From the IMG/VR virus record IMGVR_UViG_3300030118_005216, positions 1-54,227 of that record: 54,227 nucleotides of DNA; one strand, written 5' to 3'. This DNA comes from a virus. Lineage: Duplodnaviria > Caudoviricetes. Positions 53,776 to 54,227 of this stretch are shown one piece after another; the stretch's first letter is position 1, and each line of letters starts with the position of its first letter. The position numbers and the translations under genes are program-made. A model generated the notes under the pieces. The model searched no databases, was not told where the DNA came from, and worked only from the letters and a program-made list of their open reading frames with translations.

Positions 53776-54156
53776 CTACGTAGTAATAATTGTAGCGAGG
53801 ACGTTGCCTTGAGGAGCGTCAGTGTTTGAGGCTGTCCCAGAAGCCGTTGCCCACAGACTTAGATTTGTGAACGGAATTCCTTCCGGAATAACTATTCGAG
53901 TGGCTGCACCGTTGTTCACCGGGATTTGTATGTCAGGCTCGGTGGTGTTTGTGGGGCTAGTAGTATCGAGAGTGATCTGGAAGTAAACCCTAGCATTACC
54001 GCTGTTAGTTACATCAATACTGATGATCGACCCAGCGTCTCCTTGCGTTACGTCAGTCAAAACTGTGGCAGGATTGCTTGTTCCACTTAGTGAAGATTCA
54101 TAAATAATCGTATTTGGGATAATTGTGGTATCAAACTTAGCAATTTTAGTAGCCAT
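53776..54156 (-). CDS. Beta-sandwich virion protein, paralogue 1
   Basis: GSIISIDVTN...VYFQI...TTEPDIQIPV...NLSLWAT. Confidence 0.6.
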   Translation of the reverse strand: MATKIAKFDTTIIPNTIIYESSLSGTSNPATVLTDVTQGDAGSIISIDVTNSGNARVYFQITLDTTSPTNTTEPDIQIPVNNGAATRIVIPEGIPFTNLSLWATASGTASNTDAPQGNVLATIITT

Positions 54157-54165
54157 AATTTTTCC

Positions 54166-54227
54166 TTAAAGTGGTAAAACAACATCAGCACATATGCCGA
54201 CCAAATCTTTTTCTCTGTTTGCTACGT
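54166..54227 (-). CDS. C-terminal end of a gene entering from the right edge
   Basis: Reads ...VANREKDLVGICADVVLPL-stop, ending at the RBS of the next gene. Confidence 0.45.
   Translation of the reverse strand, partial: VANREKDLVGICADVVLPL

Noticed and set aside
1-54227. Complete circular genome or prophage
   Set aside because: The ends cut ORFs that do not evidently join, and no terminal overlap is seen; no integrase, att site or host genes are visible.

Overview
This window is most of the genome of a tailed dsDNA phage (Caudoviricetes). It is probably podovirus-like: there is no tape-measure, sheath or tube gene, and it carries large internal/ejection proteins. Both window ends cut through ORFs, so the genome is incomplete. 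The left arm (1-30188, minus strand) is the virion morphogenesis operon: TerL, portal, scaffold, major capsid, adaptor, nozzle, ejection proteins, fibres and many small charged proteins. The middle (30.6-50.4 kb, plus strand) holds early and replication genes. These are a GC-rich two-gene cassette wrapped in structured RNA, a MoxR-like AAA+/vWA-metallopeptidase module, a primase-SF3 helicase, an SNF2-like helicase, a pyrimidine-dimer glycosylase, a Cas4-like nuclease, HNH, a Sak4-like ATPase, SSB, a UDG-fused family A DNA polymerase and an SbcC-like ATPase. The right end (50.6-54.2 kb, minus strand) holds lysis genes and four paralogous beta-rich proteins. No integrase, tRNA, rRNA, CRISPR array or reverse transcriptase was seen. 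Four signals stand out that gene annotation does not explain: (i) a short helix motif shared by the scaffold C-terminus and five small head-operon proteins, a candidate capsid cargo-loading tag; (ii) two tandem covarying H-type pseudoknots between SSB and DNA polymerase; (iii) several heavily base-paired non-coding segments (30.6-30.8, 31.6-31.8, 32.0-32.1 and 50.4-50.6 kb); (iv) a 13-bp palindrome GGTRTC-N-GAYACC at promoters across the genome. All family assignments come from motif recognition by eye, not from database searches.
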